Below are positions 43,169 to 54,049 of a stretch of 64,000 bases of DNA, in pieces (position 1 is the first letter of the stretch; every line of letters begins with the position of its first letter). The translations under genes and the position numbers were made by a program. Origin of the DNA: Macrostomum lignano (taxonomy: Eukaryota); NCBI GenBank assembly GCA_002269645.1, contig NIVC01000267.1, forward strand, positions 186,001 to 250,000. Direction: 5' to 3'. The notes beneath the pieces are model-generated. The model was not told the origin of the DNA. It did no database searches and worked only from the letters and a program-made list of their open reading frames with translations.

Positions 43169-44156
43169 CTTCACCAAGACAGAAAATTTCACATATTACG
43201 ACTAGAAATCCCGAAAGTTCCCACATGGGAAGTTTCGAGACTACGAAAGCGACACGACTCTCTGTTCAATTGCAGTCAATTTTCGTCTCTCTTGTCTCTC
43301 AATCATTTCCCGCTCTCTCTCTCTCTACCATGCTTATCTCAGAACTTCAGAGGCGGACAAACTATTATTAATATTTTAACTTGTCTGTTTAGTTTTCTTT
43401 CCAACAAAGCATAAATTTCTGCTTTTGGCAACTGTGTAAATAGACAAATTAACTACAATTTAACTTGGAGCCTCATGTGCGGCATCTCACAACGAATCGT
43501 GTAAACCAGAGAATGAAAATTGATACAAAATCTGCTCTGCTAATGACAGCAAAGCATACAGTTTAGTGTCTATATGTATTGTAGTTTAACAAAATATATT
43601 GCAGTCAATAACGTTTCTCTTCATAGCAACTGCCTATTGTCCAAAATGATTTGCATTCTCTTGTCTCGCTTATCGATCTTGCGCCCGAAAAATGTATTGA
43701 TTTCTTGCATCGATCGGGCACAATCCTTAGTCAGGTATTGCTTTAATTTTTTCTCACAACGTCCTCCTTGCCTTCCTTTGCCTGGCTGTAGGCGCAAAGA
43801 GGGAAGGACCCGGACAAGCCCCGCACAGAATGAAGCTGGGGAGAGGGGGGGGGCAGCTAGTGCAGCTCAAGATGAAGACGAGACAGCTCACAGGAGTATC
43901 AAATGTCAAGAGTGGGCGAAAAATCCCCCCAGTGCAGCAGTGAGGGGATTTGCAAGGAGCGAAGGATGAGCAGACAAGTAGACATCACCCCTCACCCCTG
44001 AGCTTCTCAAGCGCAAAGTTGCCCAAATAAGAGTTGTTTGCTCACTTGAGCGAACTGCTGGGCTTGTGAGTCTAATCTGCTTTGTGAGCCTTTTGCTGAG
44101 GACAATCAGTGAGCATTCACGTCTGATAGGCAATGAAGCCGCTGTAGGGGAATCAG

Positions 44157-45205
44157 ATGTGTGTGTACTGGTGTGTGACAGAGGGTGTACTGGTGTGACA
44201 GTGGGTGTACTGGTGTGTGACAGAGGGTGTACTGGTGTGACAGTGGGTGTACTGGTGTGTGACAGAGGGTGTACTGGTGTGATAGTGGGTGTACTGGTGT
44301 GTGACAGAGGGTGTACTGGTGTGACAGTGGGTGTACTGGTGTGTGACAGTGGGTGTACTGGTGTGACAGTGGGTGTACTGGTGTGTGACAGTGGGTGTAC
44401 TGGTGTGTGCAGAGGGTGTACTGGTGTGACAGTGGGTGTACTGGTGTGTGACAGAGGGTGTACTGGTGTGATAGTGGGTGTACTGGTGTGTGACAGAGGG
44501 TGTACTGGTGTGACAGTGGGTGTACTGGTGTGTGACAGTGGGTGTACTGGTGTGACAGAGGGTGTACTGGTGTGTGACAGAGGGTGTACTGGTGTGACAG
44601 TGGGTGTACTGGTGTGTGACAGTGGGTGTACTGGTGTGACAGTGGGTGTACTGGTGTGTGACAGTGGGTGTACTGGTGTGTGCAGAGGGTGTACTGGTGT
44701 GACAGTGGGTGTACTGGTGTGCGACAGAGTGTGTACTGGTGTGTGACAGTGGGGTGTACTGGTGAGTGACAGTGGGCGTACTGGTGTGACATAGGGTATA
44801 CTGGTGTGACATAGGGTGTACTGGTGTGACATAGGGTGTACTAGTGTGTGACAGTGGGTGTACTGGTGTGACACAGGGTATACTGGTGTGACATAGGGTG
44901 TACTGGTGAGTGACATAGGGTGTACTGGTGTGTGACAGTGGGTGTACTGGTGTGACATAGGGTATCCTGGTGTGACATAGGGTGTACTGGTGAGTGACAG
45001 TGGGTGTACTGGTGTGACATAGGGTATACTGGTGTGACATAGGGTGTACTGGTGTGTGACAGTGGGTGTACTGGTGTGTGACAGTGGGTGTACTGGTGTG
45101 TGACAGTGGGTGTACTGGTGTGACAGTGGATATACTGGTGTGTGACAGTGGGTGTACTGGTGTGTGACAGTGGGGTGTACTGGTCTGTGACAGTGGGTGT
45201 ACTGG
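44157..45205. repeat. 20/22-bp minisatellite GGGTGTACTGGTGT(GT)GACAGT
   Basis: Direct reading. Confidence 0.95.
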
Positions 45206-47328
45206 TAACTGCAACTTGCATTTGAATACAAAGGGGAAAAAACTCTTTCAGCAGAAACGAATCAATTTAAAATCCAATTAGTAATTTGAAAAAGTGACCC
45301 TGAACCAATATTTTGACGCTGTCAGCATTCCAATATTTCAATTTGCTTTTAGAAGAAGCAACAGGCACAAAAACAGCCGGACGTCGTTAATCGAATTCAA
45401 CACGAGTCGCCGAAGCGGTGCACGCGAAAGAGTTGACGAGAGACATCTGGGCGAGATTTTTTTCAAACAAAACATTAAGTCAGTGAGCTTTTTAACTAAT
45501 TGTTTGAAGCTTAGAAATTTTTACATGCTTGGGCAGGTATAATTATCGAGAACAGTTTAAAACTGTTTCAGCAACATTCCATTCATTGTAGAAATTGAGT
45601 GTGCAGAGAGTATCGGAGAGTGAAATCCACACTCCAGATTCCGCTGATTGTTCCTCATCAGTTCCCGAACTGGCTACCTGAAGTGTTTATGGCTGCCCCC
45701 GGGGCGCGTCTGCTGCAGGTGGTAGACTGATTGCGCAATCGTGCAATCCAGCCAGCCAGTCAAAGCAAATCGGGGTGGCGGTGGCAGAGCAAACAGGCTG
45801 GCACGCGTCCGGCATATGGCGTCACCGCGGCTGAGGGCGAGCCAGCGAAAGTGATACACAGTTTTTAAAGAGCCTTTCAGAATCAAAATCCAGACCTTCA
45901 ACCTTGAAGCGTTGTTGGATGGAGAAAGTTTTTCAACAAAATCTCCCTCCTATATCGCTTGTGAAAGAAAATAAACAAGCAGACTAAGTTCGACACTGAA
46001 CTGGGAGGGTGGAGCTGACGGGGTGTTGGAATATCACAAGGACCCCCCGCTGAGCAAAAGCTGTTCAAGAGCCCCATTGAAGCGGCCGCCCTCTATTAAG
46101 AGCGCGATGAGCTGCAGAGCTATGAAATCGAGGGGGGAACAAGAGAAGCAAAGCGGGAGAGTTCGAGCGCGTGTCGCCTCGTGCTCGGCTCCTCAGAACA
46201 GCGGATGAGCGGGGAGATCTGCGACAGAGACAGGGAGAAGCGGGGTCACCTCGACAACAGGTTCGGTAAATTAGTTTTGGCCTTTCCTCCACTTTCTCCT
46301 TTGTCAGGCAGGCGTGGGCGCCGTTTAAACTCGATTTGAGCTGAGCAGCGTGTGAGCTGAACAGCTTCTCGTTTATCCTCACCTCCCCCCCCTGTCGCTT
46401 TATCCACTCAATCCCGCGTGTGTGTTTTTTGGTTACCAGCCCTCACAGCTTGTGTGTCACTGGTGGGGGACGAAGGCAGAATGGGCAGGCCTGGGAATCG
46501 AACACGCGACCGATAGAAGACAGAAACTGATGCTTGCAGCCATTCAACGAATATTTAGACGTGATGATGATGTGATGAGGATGATGACACAGTTTTCAGC
46601 CGCGTGCGCGCCGGGGGCCGGGCAAATGTCGCAGACAGACAGACAGACGGAGCGGCGAGCGGTGTCATGTTGCTCTCTGCATGCTCAAAAACTGTTTTGT
46701 GTTGCATAATTTATCTGATTAATGCCTCCATCCACGGCTTCACTGCACGCGGCATGTCGTGTTAAAAATAGAAAGTTAAAAAGAAGCTGCTTTTTCGTTA
46801 AATAGCAGACAGAAAACCAACTGCATGCAGTGGTTTTGTCGAGTAGAATGAGGCAACTCCCAGCGGAGCTTTACTTCCTCTCTGTGACCTTTGCTTTTCT
46901 GCGGTTCGAATGCGCGTCTGTTGCTTTTATTTGTCTTCGGGCAGTTTTTTTTCCTGGCCGGCACCCGCCGATCCCTTGGAGACGGCGGCGGCAGCTCGCC
47001 TTGGCCCCCCCTGGCAACCAAATGCTCCAACGATCCAGCACGACCTTCTTTGCATTCTCTGGCGTCATAAAGAAGACGCAAGGCGTTTAAAGATGTTTGA
47101 CAGACAGAAGAAGCGCCGTTGCTTTAACGCGCAGTTGATTACCGGGGCTGGCTGACCCCGCACGCACTTGCTTGTCGTTCCTCTAAAAGCACGTTTAATT
47201 CGGAGGAAAAATTTCTGGCAATACACTTGGGTAGGACTAATAGTAGTTTCTCAGTTCAGCAGGAGTTTGGTCGCGGTTAGTCACTCCTGAAGGCACCCTG
47301 GTCTACAGCTAGTGCTAAAGTGCTGCAT

Positions 47329-48081
47329 CAAGGGTCAGCTAACTCCGGCCCGCGAAGCCTTTCTATCCGGCCCTCGGGTCCTTTGACACTTCACAATAGC
47401 AACCCGGCCCGCTCAGGGCTTGTGTCTGTTCTCAGCTCTCTTCTCTGTCTCCTCTCTTTTCTTCCCTCTTCTCTTTTCTCCTCTCGTGTCTCCTCTCACG
47501 ACTCTCTTGTCTGTCGTCTCTCCTCTTTCGACTCTCTCTCGTCTCTCCTCTCTCCTCTCTCGTCTCTCCTCTCTCCTCTCTCATCTCTCCTCTCTTGACT
47601 CTCTCTCCTCTCTCATCTCTCCTCTCTCCTCTCTGTCTCTCGTCTCTCCTCTCTCCTCTCTCGTCTCTCCTCTCTTGTCTCTCCTCTCTCTTCTCTCCTC
47701 TCTCGTCTCTCCTCTCTTTCTTTCGTCTCTTCTCTCTCTCCTCTCTCTCCTCTCTCATCTCTCCTCTCTCCTCTCTGTCTCTCGTCTCTCCTCTCTCCTC
47801 TCTCGTCTCTCCTCTCTTGTCTCTCCTCTCTCTTCTCTCCTCTCTCGTCTCTCCTCTCTTTCTTTCGTCTCTCCTCTCTCGTCTCTCGTCTCTCCTCTCT
47901 CCTCTCTTCACCTGTATTCCTTCGCCTCTCCTCCTATCTCTCTTCACCTGTATTCCCTCGCCTCTCCTCCTATCTCTCTTCACCCTTCTCTATTCCCTCT
48001 CCTCTCTCCACTCCCCTGGCCCGCAGTCATACGCTGGATTCTCTATCCGGCCCTTGAGGTAACAAAGTTTGCCGACCCCTG
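47329..48081. mobile_element. Non-autonomous hAT/Charlie-like element (MER58-type ends) with an internal CT microsatellite
   Basis: Left end CAAGGGTCAGCTAACTCCGGCCCGCG; right end AAGTTTGCCGACCCCTG (reverse complement CAGGGGTCGGCAAACTT); subterminal TCTATCCGGCCCT near both ends. No clear 8-bp TSD. Confidence 0.6.
47425..48000. repeat. CT-rich microsatellite inside the hAT-like element
   Basis: Direct reading. Confidence 0.92.
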
Positions 48082-48482
48082 TCCTGTTCTACATGCACAT
48101 CTAGATACTTTTCATACTGTTACTTGAATATTGAACCAATAGTACAGTTTACCACGTAGTAAACGTCGGTAAAAGTGCAAGTCTTGGCTCTTGTAAATGC
48201 CTAGATTGCATCATATAGCCATTAGGCAAAAAATAACATTGCGGTAAACTTCTGTATTTAATAAAAGACACAAGCGTGCTTTAGTATTCAGATCTGCTGG
48301 GACAGCTGCGATGGGGGAGTTACGGTGCTCAGGTTTAGCATGGCATCTTCATGGCTCTGTTCTACTCTTTTCTGAGTCTGGTCGAGTGGGGCACCGAAAT
48401 GAAGGATAAATTATTATAAATCACTCCTTGAAAACTGCTTCGGCGCTGTTAGAGAAGCTGCGTTCCTTCATCAACGACAGAT

Positions 48483-49250
48483 TTAGAAGTCTGGAAGCAG
48501 CGCGGCTCGCTCCCAATGGCTCCAGCCGCCGAAGTCCGGCATGGCGCCTCCGCCCCCGCCGCCGCATTCACCACTGTTGGCCCCCAAGCCGCAGTACATC
48601 GTTGAGGAGGCGCCACCGCCACCGCCGCCGCATCCGTTACTGTCACCGCCAAAGCCGCAGCACATCATCATTGCGGGGCCGCTGCCGCCGCAGCTGCCTC
48701 CGCCGCTGTCGCTGCCGAAACCGCAGCACATCTCGGAGCCGTTTGAGCAGCCCGGCTGCATGCCGAACTGCATGTCGCCTGACGCCAATGACATCTGCAT
48801 CGGCCAGCCGCTGACCTGCTGCTGCATGCCGTCCAATCCGGCCGACTGCGCCATACCGCAGCAGCCAAGTGCGCTGCACATTCCGCCGTTGCCGACGCCG
48901 CCGTCTCCGCCAAACATCTCATTGGCGTTCGACTGTTCTGATCGGTCCTGCTGCTGCTGCTGCTGGAACTGCATCATTAGAAAGTCGTTTGGCGTAGCCA
49001 TATTCATCTGGGGCATAAACTGCTGCTGTTGCTGCTGCTGTTGCTGTTGAAACTGCTCCATCATGTTTTGCTGCTGATAGTCAGAGCCATAGTAGAACTG
49101 CTGCGGAAGCATCAGGGTGCTGGCAGGGTACTGTTGCATTCCTTGCGACGGAAATCCGTCGTTATTATCCACGTTGCAGCCTCCTCCGCTGCAAGCCCCG
49201 TTGGCGCACTGAAAGCTCAGTCCCTGATTGAAGTTCCACGGCGGTTGCAT
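48483..49250 (-). CDS. Single-exon orphan, 255 aa Gln/Gly/Cys/Met-rich low-complexity protein
   Basis: ATG with an in-frame TGA 2 codons upstream; CAG/GGC-biased codons like the homeobox genes; three degenerate (M/Y)C(C)G(F/L)GxxSxxCGG repeats; possible ATTAAA signal at 48257-48262. Confidence 0.65.
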   Translation of the reverse strand: MQPPWNFNQGLSFQCANGACSGGGCNVDNNDGFPSQGMQQYPASTLMLPQQFYYGSDYQQQNMMEQFQQQQQQQQQQFMPQMNMATPNDFLMMQFQQQQQQDRSEQSNANEMFGGDGGVGNGGMCSALGCCGMAQSAGLDGMQQQVSGWPMQMSLASGDMQFGMQPGCSNGSEMCCGFGSDSGGGSCGGSGPAMMMCCGFGGDSNGCGGGGGGASSTMYCGLGANSGECGGGGGGAMPDFGGWSHWERAALLPDF

Positions 49251-50748
49251 AAATCAGCTGGCTGGGGCGTTTCGTCGAACTTTTAATCAACAGCTTTTCT
49301 TTCGGCTTTGGGCTTTCTTAAGAGCAGAGAGGCAAACTGGCAGAGGGTGCAGGCGGTGGTCAATTTAAATTTTTAATCTACACAACTACAATAGAGCTGT
49401 CAACGCAGATGAGCGCACGAAACAGGAGATGCAGAGATCTCGGCCTGCCATAGACAAAATGCGACAGTTGACAAGCATTATATGTAACTTAAGAGTGTAG
49501 ACTCTTCATAATTCTATTTACGATTAGAGATCAAATCACGTTGTCTAACGTAGATGTTAAATTGTGAGAACTCTGTCTCCTTAGTCTACTAAACCCTAAA
49601 GAAACACAAGTTAGTTAAACTAAAGTCAATTAACATGAAATAGCGTTTAGATGTCGAGAAATTATTACTTTCGGACGATATAAAATAAATGACAGAGAAA
49701 AACACTGTAGATGGCGACTGTACGTGCAAACGTCGATCTGGTATAATCAAAGCCAAATGTTCAGGTCCAAACTAATGATACAAATTAAATCCGCAGATCA
49801 GTTACCTTACACTCGAATATATAATTGAAATGATAGCAAATATTGTAGATATTGCAGATACTATAAGCATTAGCGAGTAACTAATCAATAAATAGTTGAT
49901 CCAAAAGTTTATTGTTAGACACAATCACAAAGGGCGCTAATACTATAAGCATTAGCGAGTAACTAATCAATAAATAGTTGATCCAAAAGACACAATCACA
50001 AAGGGCTTAAAAGCATTAGAAGCGCAGCAACAGCTCAATTTCAGAAACAGAATAATTCACCTAATAAAGGATATCGAAAAAAGGGAAGAACCTATCATTT
50101 TTAGAAAGGTTTAGTAAAATTAATTAGGCAAAAAAGTTTTAACTTTTTGTTAAAAGTTGTAAAAAGTTAAATTTTGCTTTTTCGAGAATTTTTTTACATC
50201 ATGGAACGTACTGTCAACTTAGGGTAGCTAGCCTAGCCTAACTTATGTCGAAGCATCACTACGTTGATTAGTTGACTAAGCCTTAGACATGACGGTATTT
50301 ATTGCTGATTCCTGATCACAAACTTTAAAAAACTTTTTTAATAGGCCTAACTACAAAAGTGGATAGAAAATAGGCCCGTGGCTTAATATAAAGTTCTCTT
50401 TTAATTTCATAAAAAGAAATTTGGCTTAGCACAAAGTAGCAAAGTATTGTATATGCTATAAAAACAAATTTTAGATAACTGACACTAGTAAGATATAGTT
50501 AATAGTGTGCAGTTAAGAAAATAATAAAGGTACAAGGAAATAAGTTCTTTTTTCATGCTTACTACTGCTTCAATTTTTTTAACCATGGTCAAAATTTTTG
50601 TATATTTGTACCATTTTTGCATCTAGTGCAAATTTGTGCTACACTACAGCCACTGAAACTAACCTAAGCTAAACTATAATTTAAACTAAGGCAATTATTA
50701 CTAAGCAAATATTTAATTTATAAAAATAATAAAACAAACTAAAGAATA

Positions 50749-52041
50749 CAAGGGGCACTATGAAAGTTTTTTGCTATATCTAAACAAAAGTAGCTATGTA
50801 GCTAAAATTTTCACAGCTTCTCAAAGTATTCTCCACCAGCCTGTATGCAGTGCCTTATCCTCTCAAACCAGGTGACAAAGCAGTGGTGCCACTTAGAAGT
50901 GGACACCCTTTTTACCATATTGTCAAATGCATCAGCAGCCTCCTCTGCAGTAAAAAATTGCTGGCCATGCAGCAAGTCCTTGACTTTAAGGAATAGAAAA
51001 AAGTCACATGGTGCTAAATTAGACAAGTATTGCAGGTGACTGGTCAGCTGCAGTCCCTGAGTCTGCAGAAACTGCATGTTGCCTAAGCCATGTGAGCACT
51101 TGCATTGTCCTGATGCAGTGTCAAGCCTTAGATACCTGACTTTGGATGTATCCTACTTAGACTATGGATGACCTATAGCAAGTAGACACCAGTATACTAG
51201 GCTGCAGTCACCGTGCATTGATCTAGCATCCGCACAGTTGCCACATGACCTGAGCAACAGAAAAAAGTTGCAACTATCTACTTGCCAGTGCTCCTGCCTT
51301 GCATAACCTTCATTGGTGGCACCTTGTCTAGAAACGCCCACACCTGCAACTGGCACTTGCACTCTAGCTTGTAGCAGTACACCTAAGTCTTGTCACATGT
51401 CACTATGTTGGCAACCACCTTTGACACTCCATTGCTATGTTTCTGTAGCATCTGGTAGCACTAATCAACCCTGGCCTGTTTCTGCTCAGGCTCTAACAGA
51501 TAGGGCACCTAGCAACTAGTCAGCTTGCATAAGCCAATGTGATTGTCAAGGATTTTGGCAATTGCTGGCAAATGGATGCCCAAGGATGCCTCAATCTTCT
51601 TGAAGGTTATCTGCCTGTCAGCTTCAACCAGCTGGCGAACACAAGCCACTGTTTCTGGTGTCGTGACAGTTGAAGGTTGGCCTGTATGCTACTCATCTTC
51701 CAATAAGTCTTGGCCATGACAAAACTTGTGGAACTAGTTGCTAATAGTTGCAAGCAATGCAGCTTCTGCAAAAGTAGCTGATAGCCTTTTGTGGCATTGG
51801 TGACATTCAAGGCTGCCGCAATAATCATGGCATGAAAATGCTTGCAAGTCAATTCTATGAGCTCTGCTAGAAAGTGGGCAGAGGTGCTGAAGTTATCTGG
51901 CTCTAGTGGCTAAAGGCTGCAAGATATTTAAGTGAAATTTTATCTAACATAGTCACATATATTGTTCTGTAAGCCTGTCAAAAATCAAGCTGATAAGACA
52001 AACAGCAGAGGTGTGGCTAAAAACTTTTATAATGACCCTTG
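50749..52041 (-). mobile_element. Full-length, inactivated mariner (Tc1/mariner, DD34D) DNA transposon, 1293 bp
   Basis: TA target sites at 50747-50748 and 52042-52043. TIRs CAAGGGGCACTATGAAAGTTTT vs reverse complement CAAGGGTCATTATAAAAGTTTT; transposase pseudogene inside. Confidence 0.93.
50811..51858 (-). pseudogene. Mariner transposase pseudogene
   Basis: Degraded motifs: IELTCKHFHAMI (MELTREHFRAMI type), C*VPY (RWVPH), VTCDKT*VY (TGDETW), HQDNASAH, YLSNLAPCDFFLF (YSPDLAPCDF), GEYFEKL*. 34 residues between the second and third Asp; 10 in-frame stops, 2 frameshifts. Confidence 0.93.
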
Positions 52042-53259
52042 TATAATTGCCAAACTAACATTGTTTTGAATAGGCTTAAATAAAAGCTATGATTATTATT
52101 TTATGTTTAATATAATATATGGCTATAAGAATTAAAAAAGTATAAAATTATCTTTCAACAGTTGTGTAGTTTTCTTGTTGCTTCTGGTCAAAGCATATTT
52201 TGCATTTTATTCTATAATATAAAATTCTAGTCAATACTCTAGACTTTAACCTAAGTTATATATATGATTTATAAATTATACATCAAAAAACATACACAAA
52301 GTCTACATATTTAGAATATGCTTAGGTTGCCTAAGTAATATCAATGCTTAATACCATAGCAAGAATATAATATTTCATTAGCTTCTAAAACAGTAAAGAT
52401 TAACTTATCTTGTACAATTATGGTATCTAAATTGATTTGAAATTCACTTAACTTTGGATAAAAGTTGAAATAAAAAGAGAAAACATTATATTGTTTAACA
52501 TAGTATTCAATTACTATTCAATTAGTACACAATAAGTCATGAAATATCTTTGCCAAATATATAAGTCAGCACTGCTCAGTGCAAGTAAGCTCTTTGTCTT
52601 TGAGAATTTTGTCTGGCCTTGAATTGGGGGGGGGGGCTTAAGCCCTCCCAATTCCAACCATGTAGTTTCAACACTGTCTTTGTTGCTTGAGTCCTTGATT
52701 CTATGGACTTAAGAGCTCCCCCTACATTGAAGGTTAAAATATTCACCTTAACATGAGCCCCCACCACCCAACCACAACGTGAATGTGGCATCAAAACTCT
52801 CTGTTGCTTAAGTCTCCAAATACATGTAGGGACTTAAGAGTTCCCCTCACTTTGAAACTGGCAACATTAATTCATCCCTACCCCATCAAATCAACAGCTC
52901 CAATGGCCTTTCAAGTCTCAGTTGAGAGGTATTACTAAATATGGAAACGGGATATGGCAAATATGTGTTCCCGTAACCAAATCTGTATCCGTATGCTTTG
53001 TCTAAAAACTTCCGTGTCTGCAACTTCCTGTAGTCATATCCATTGCTAGGGCGGAACTCTACTAACAATCTTGAAAAAAATTATTTTGTGTTCATGTTCA
53101 ACTATCAATATTTATACTTTGTAAATCTGAGAGTCTGCAAATTGAAGTCGAAACAAATAAGACAGAAAATTTCTTGAATAGAAGTTGATAGCAGCATAGA
53201 GAAGGCGGCGCTGCTGCTCTGCAGGTGTGAAGCAAATTGAAATTGGACTTGGAATTTGA

Positions 53260-53901
53260 ATGACGACCGCGGATGAGGCGGATGCCGAAGTCACGGCGCC
53301 ATCCAGCCAGTTCGCTGCCAGCATCAACGGCGACTCCGCTGTCGATGCCGATGCAGCCGACGAGGTGCAGCTCCGACAAAGACGGCGTCCTGACGAGAGC
53401 TCGCCCGCCGGCGACATCCCCTCGGCCGTCGAGGACATCAAGGCGGAGCGCGCATCGGCTGACGACAGCCAGCGCCAGGTGTCGATAACTCGGCCAGTGT
53501 CCATTCTGAAATCTCCGTCGCAGGCGTCGCTGCTGCTCGACTCGACATCGTCGCCGCCTTTGGCAGCCTCGCCGTCTGGCGCAACGACGCCTTCGTCAGC
53601 AGCGTCGGCCTCCAAGCGGGTTCGATTCGCCAAGAAGATCGAGCACCGCTACTGGTTCCGCCCGGATCCCAGCCAGCATGCGCACCATCATCAGTACTAC
53701 TATCAGCGGCAGCAGCAACAGGAGCTGGCCGGCTCGGTCGGCCTGCTGACCCTGCTGACTCTGGCGTTTGCTCTCGTGATGGCCCTGGCCATGACGGCCT
53801 CGTATTGTCGGGCCAAACCCGACCTCTGCGCCGCGTACGCCGGCGGGCCCTACTGGCCGGAGGCCACCGTGCGGCTTGCCAAAGGTTTGCGGCTGATCTG
53901 A
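53260..53901 (+). CDS. Membrane-anchored protein with SILK and KRVRF PP1-docking motifs, consortin-C-terminus-like
   Basis: GC-rich 213 aa ORF; VSILKSP, SKRVRFA, hydrophobic LLTLLTLAFALVMALAMTASYC followed by a second Cys. Could be the last exon of a longer gene. Confidence 0.7.
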   Translation: MTTADEADAEVTAPSSQFAASINGDSAVDADAADEVQLRQRRRPDESSPAGDIPSAVEDIKAERASADDSQRQVSITRPVSILKSPSQASLLLDSTSSPPLAASPSGATTPSSAASASKRVRFAKKIEHRYWFRPDPSQHAHHHQYYYQRQQQQELAGSVGLLTLLTLAFALVMALAMTASYCRAKPDLCAAYAGGPYWPEATVRLAKGLRLI

Positions 53902-54049
53902 CGCATTGGTCCCGCAGATCTTTTGCGTAACAGTTTGCAGTTCCTCTTCAATGCCTCTGTCTGCACCCTCTGTACTTTATGGGACCTGTTCGCGCCTGCC
54001 ATTCCCATGCTTTCTCCCGGGTCTGACAATTTCGGTGTAGCTGGAAACT

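Noticed and set aside
46895-46920. GGTTCGAAT B-box/tRNA T-loop-like motif
   Set aside because: No cloverleaf stems or A-box around it.
48541-49050. Plus-strand Pro/Cys-rich ORF as the real gene
   Set aside because: In-register antisense shadow of the longer minus ORF (poly-Cys is antisense of poly-Gln). Not excluded, but less likely.
50749-52041. APOBEC3G-type editing as the sole cause of TGG>TAG
   Set aside because: Changes occur on both strands and include CAG>TAG preceded by G or A plus near-complete CpG loss, so the 3' purine context explains more. Kept as an alternative to test.
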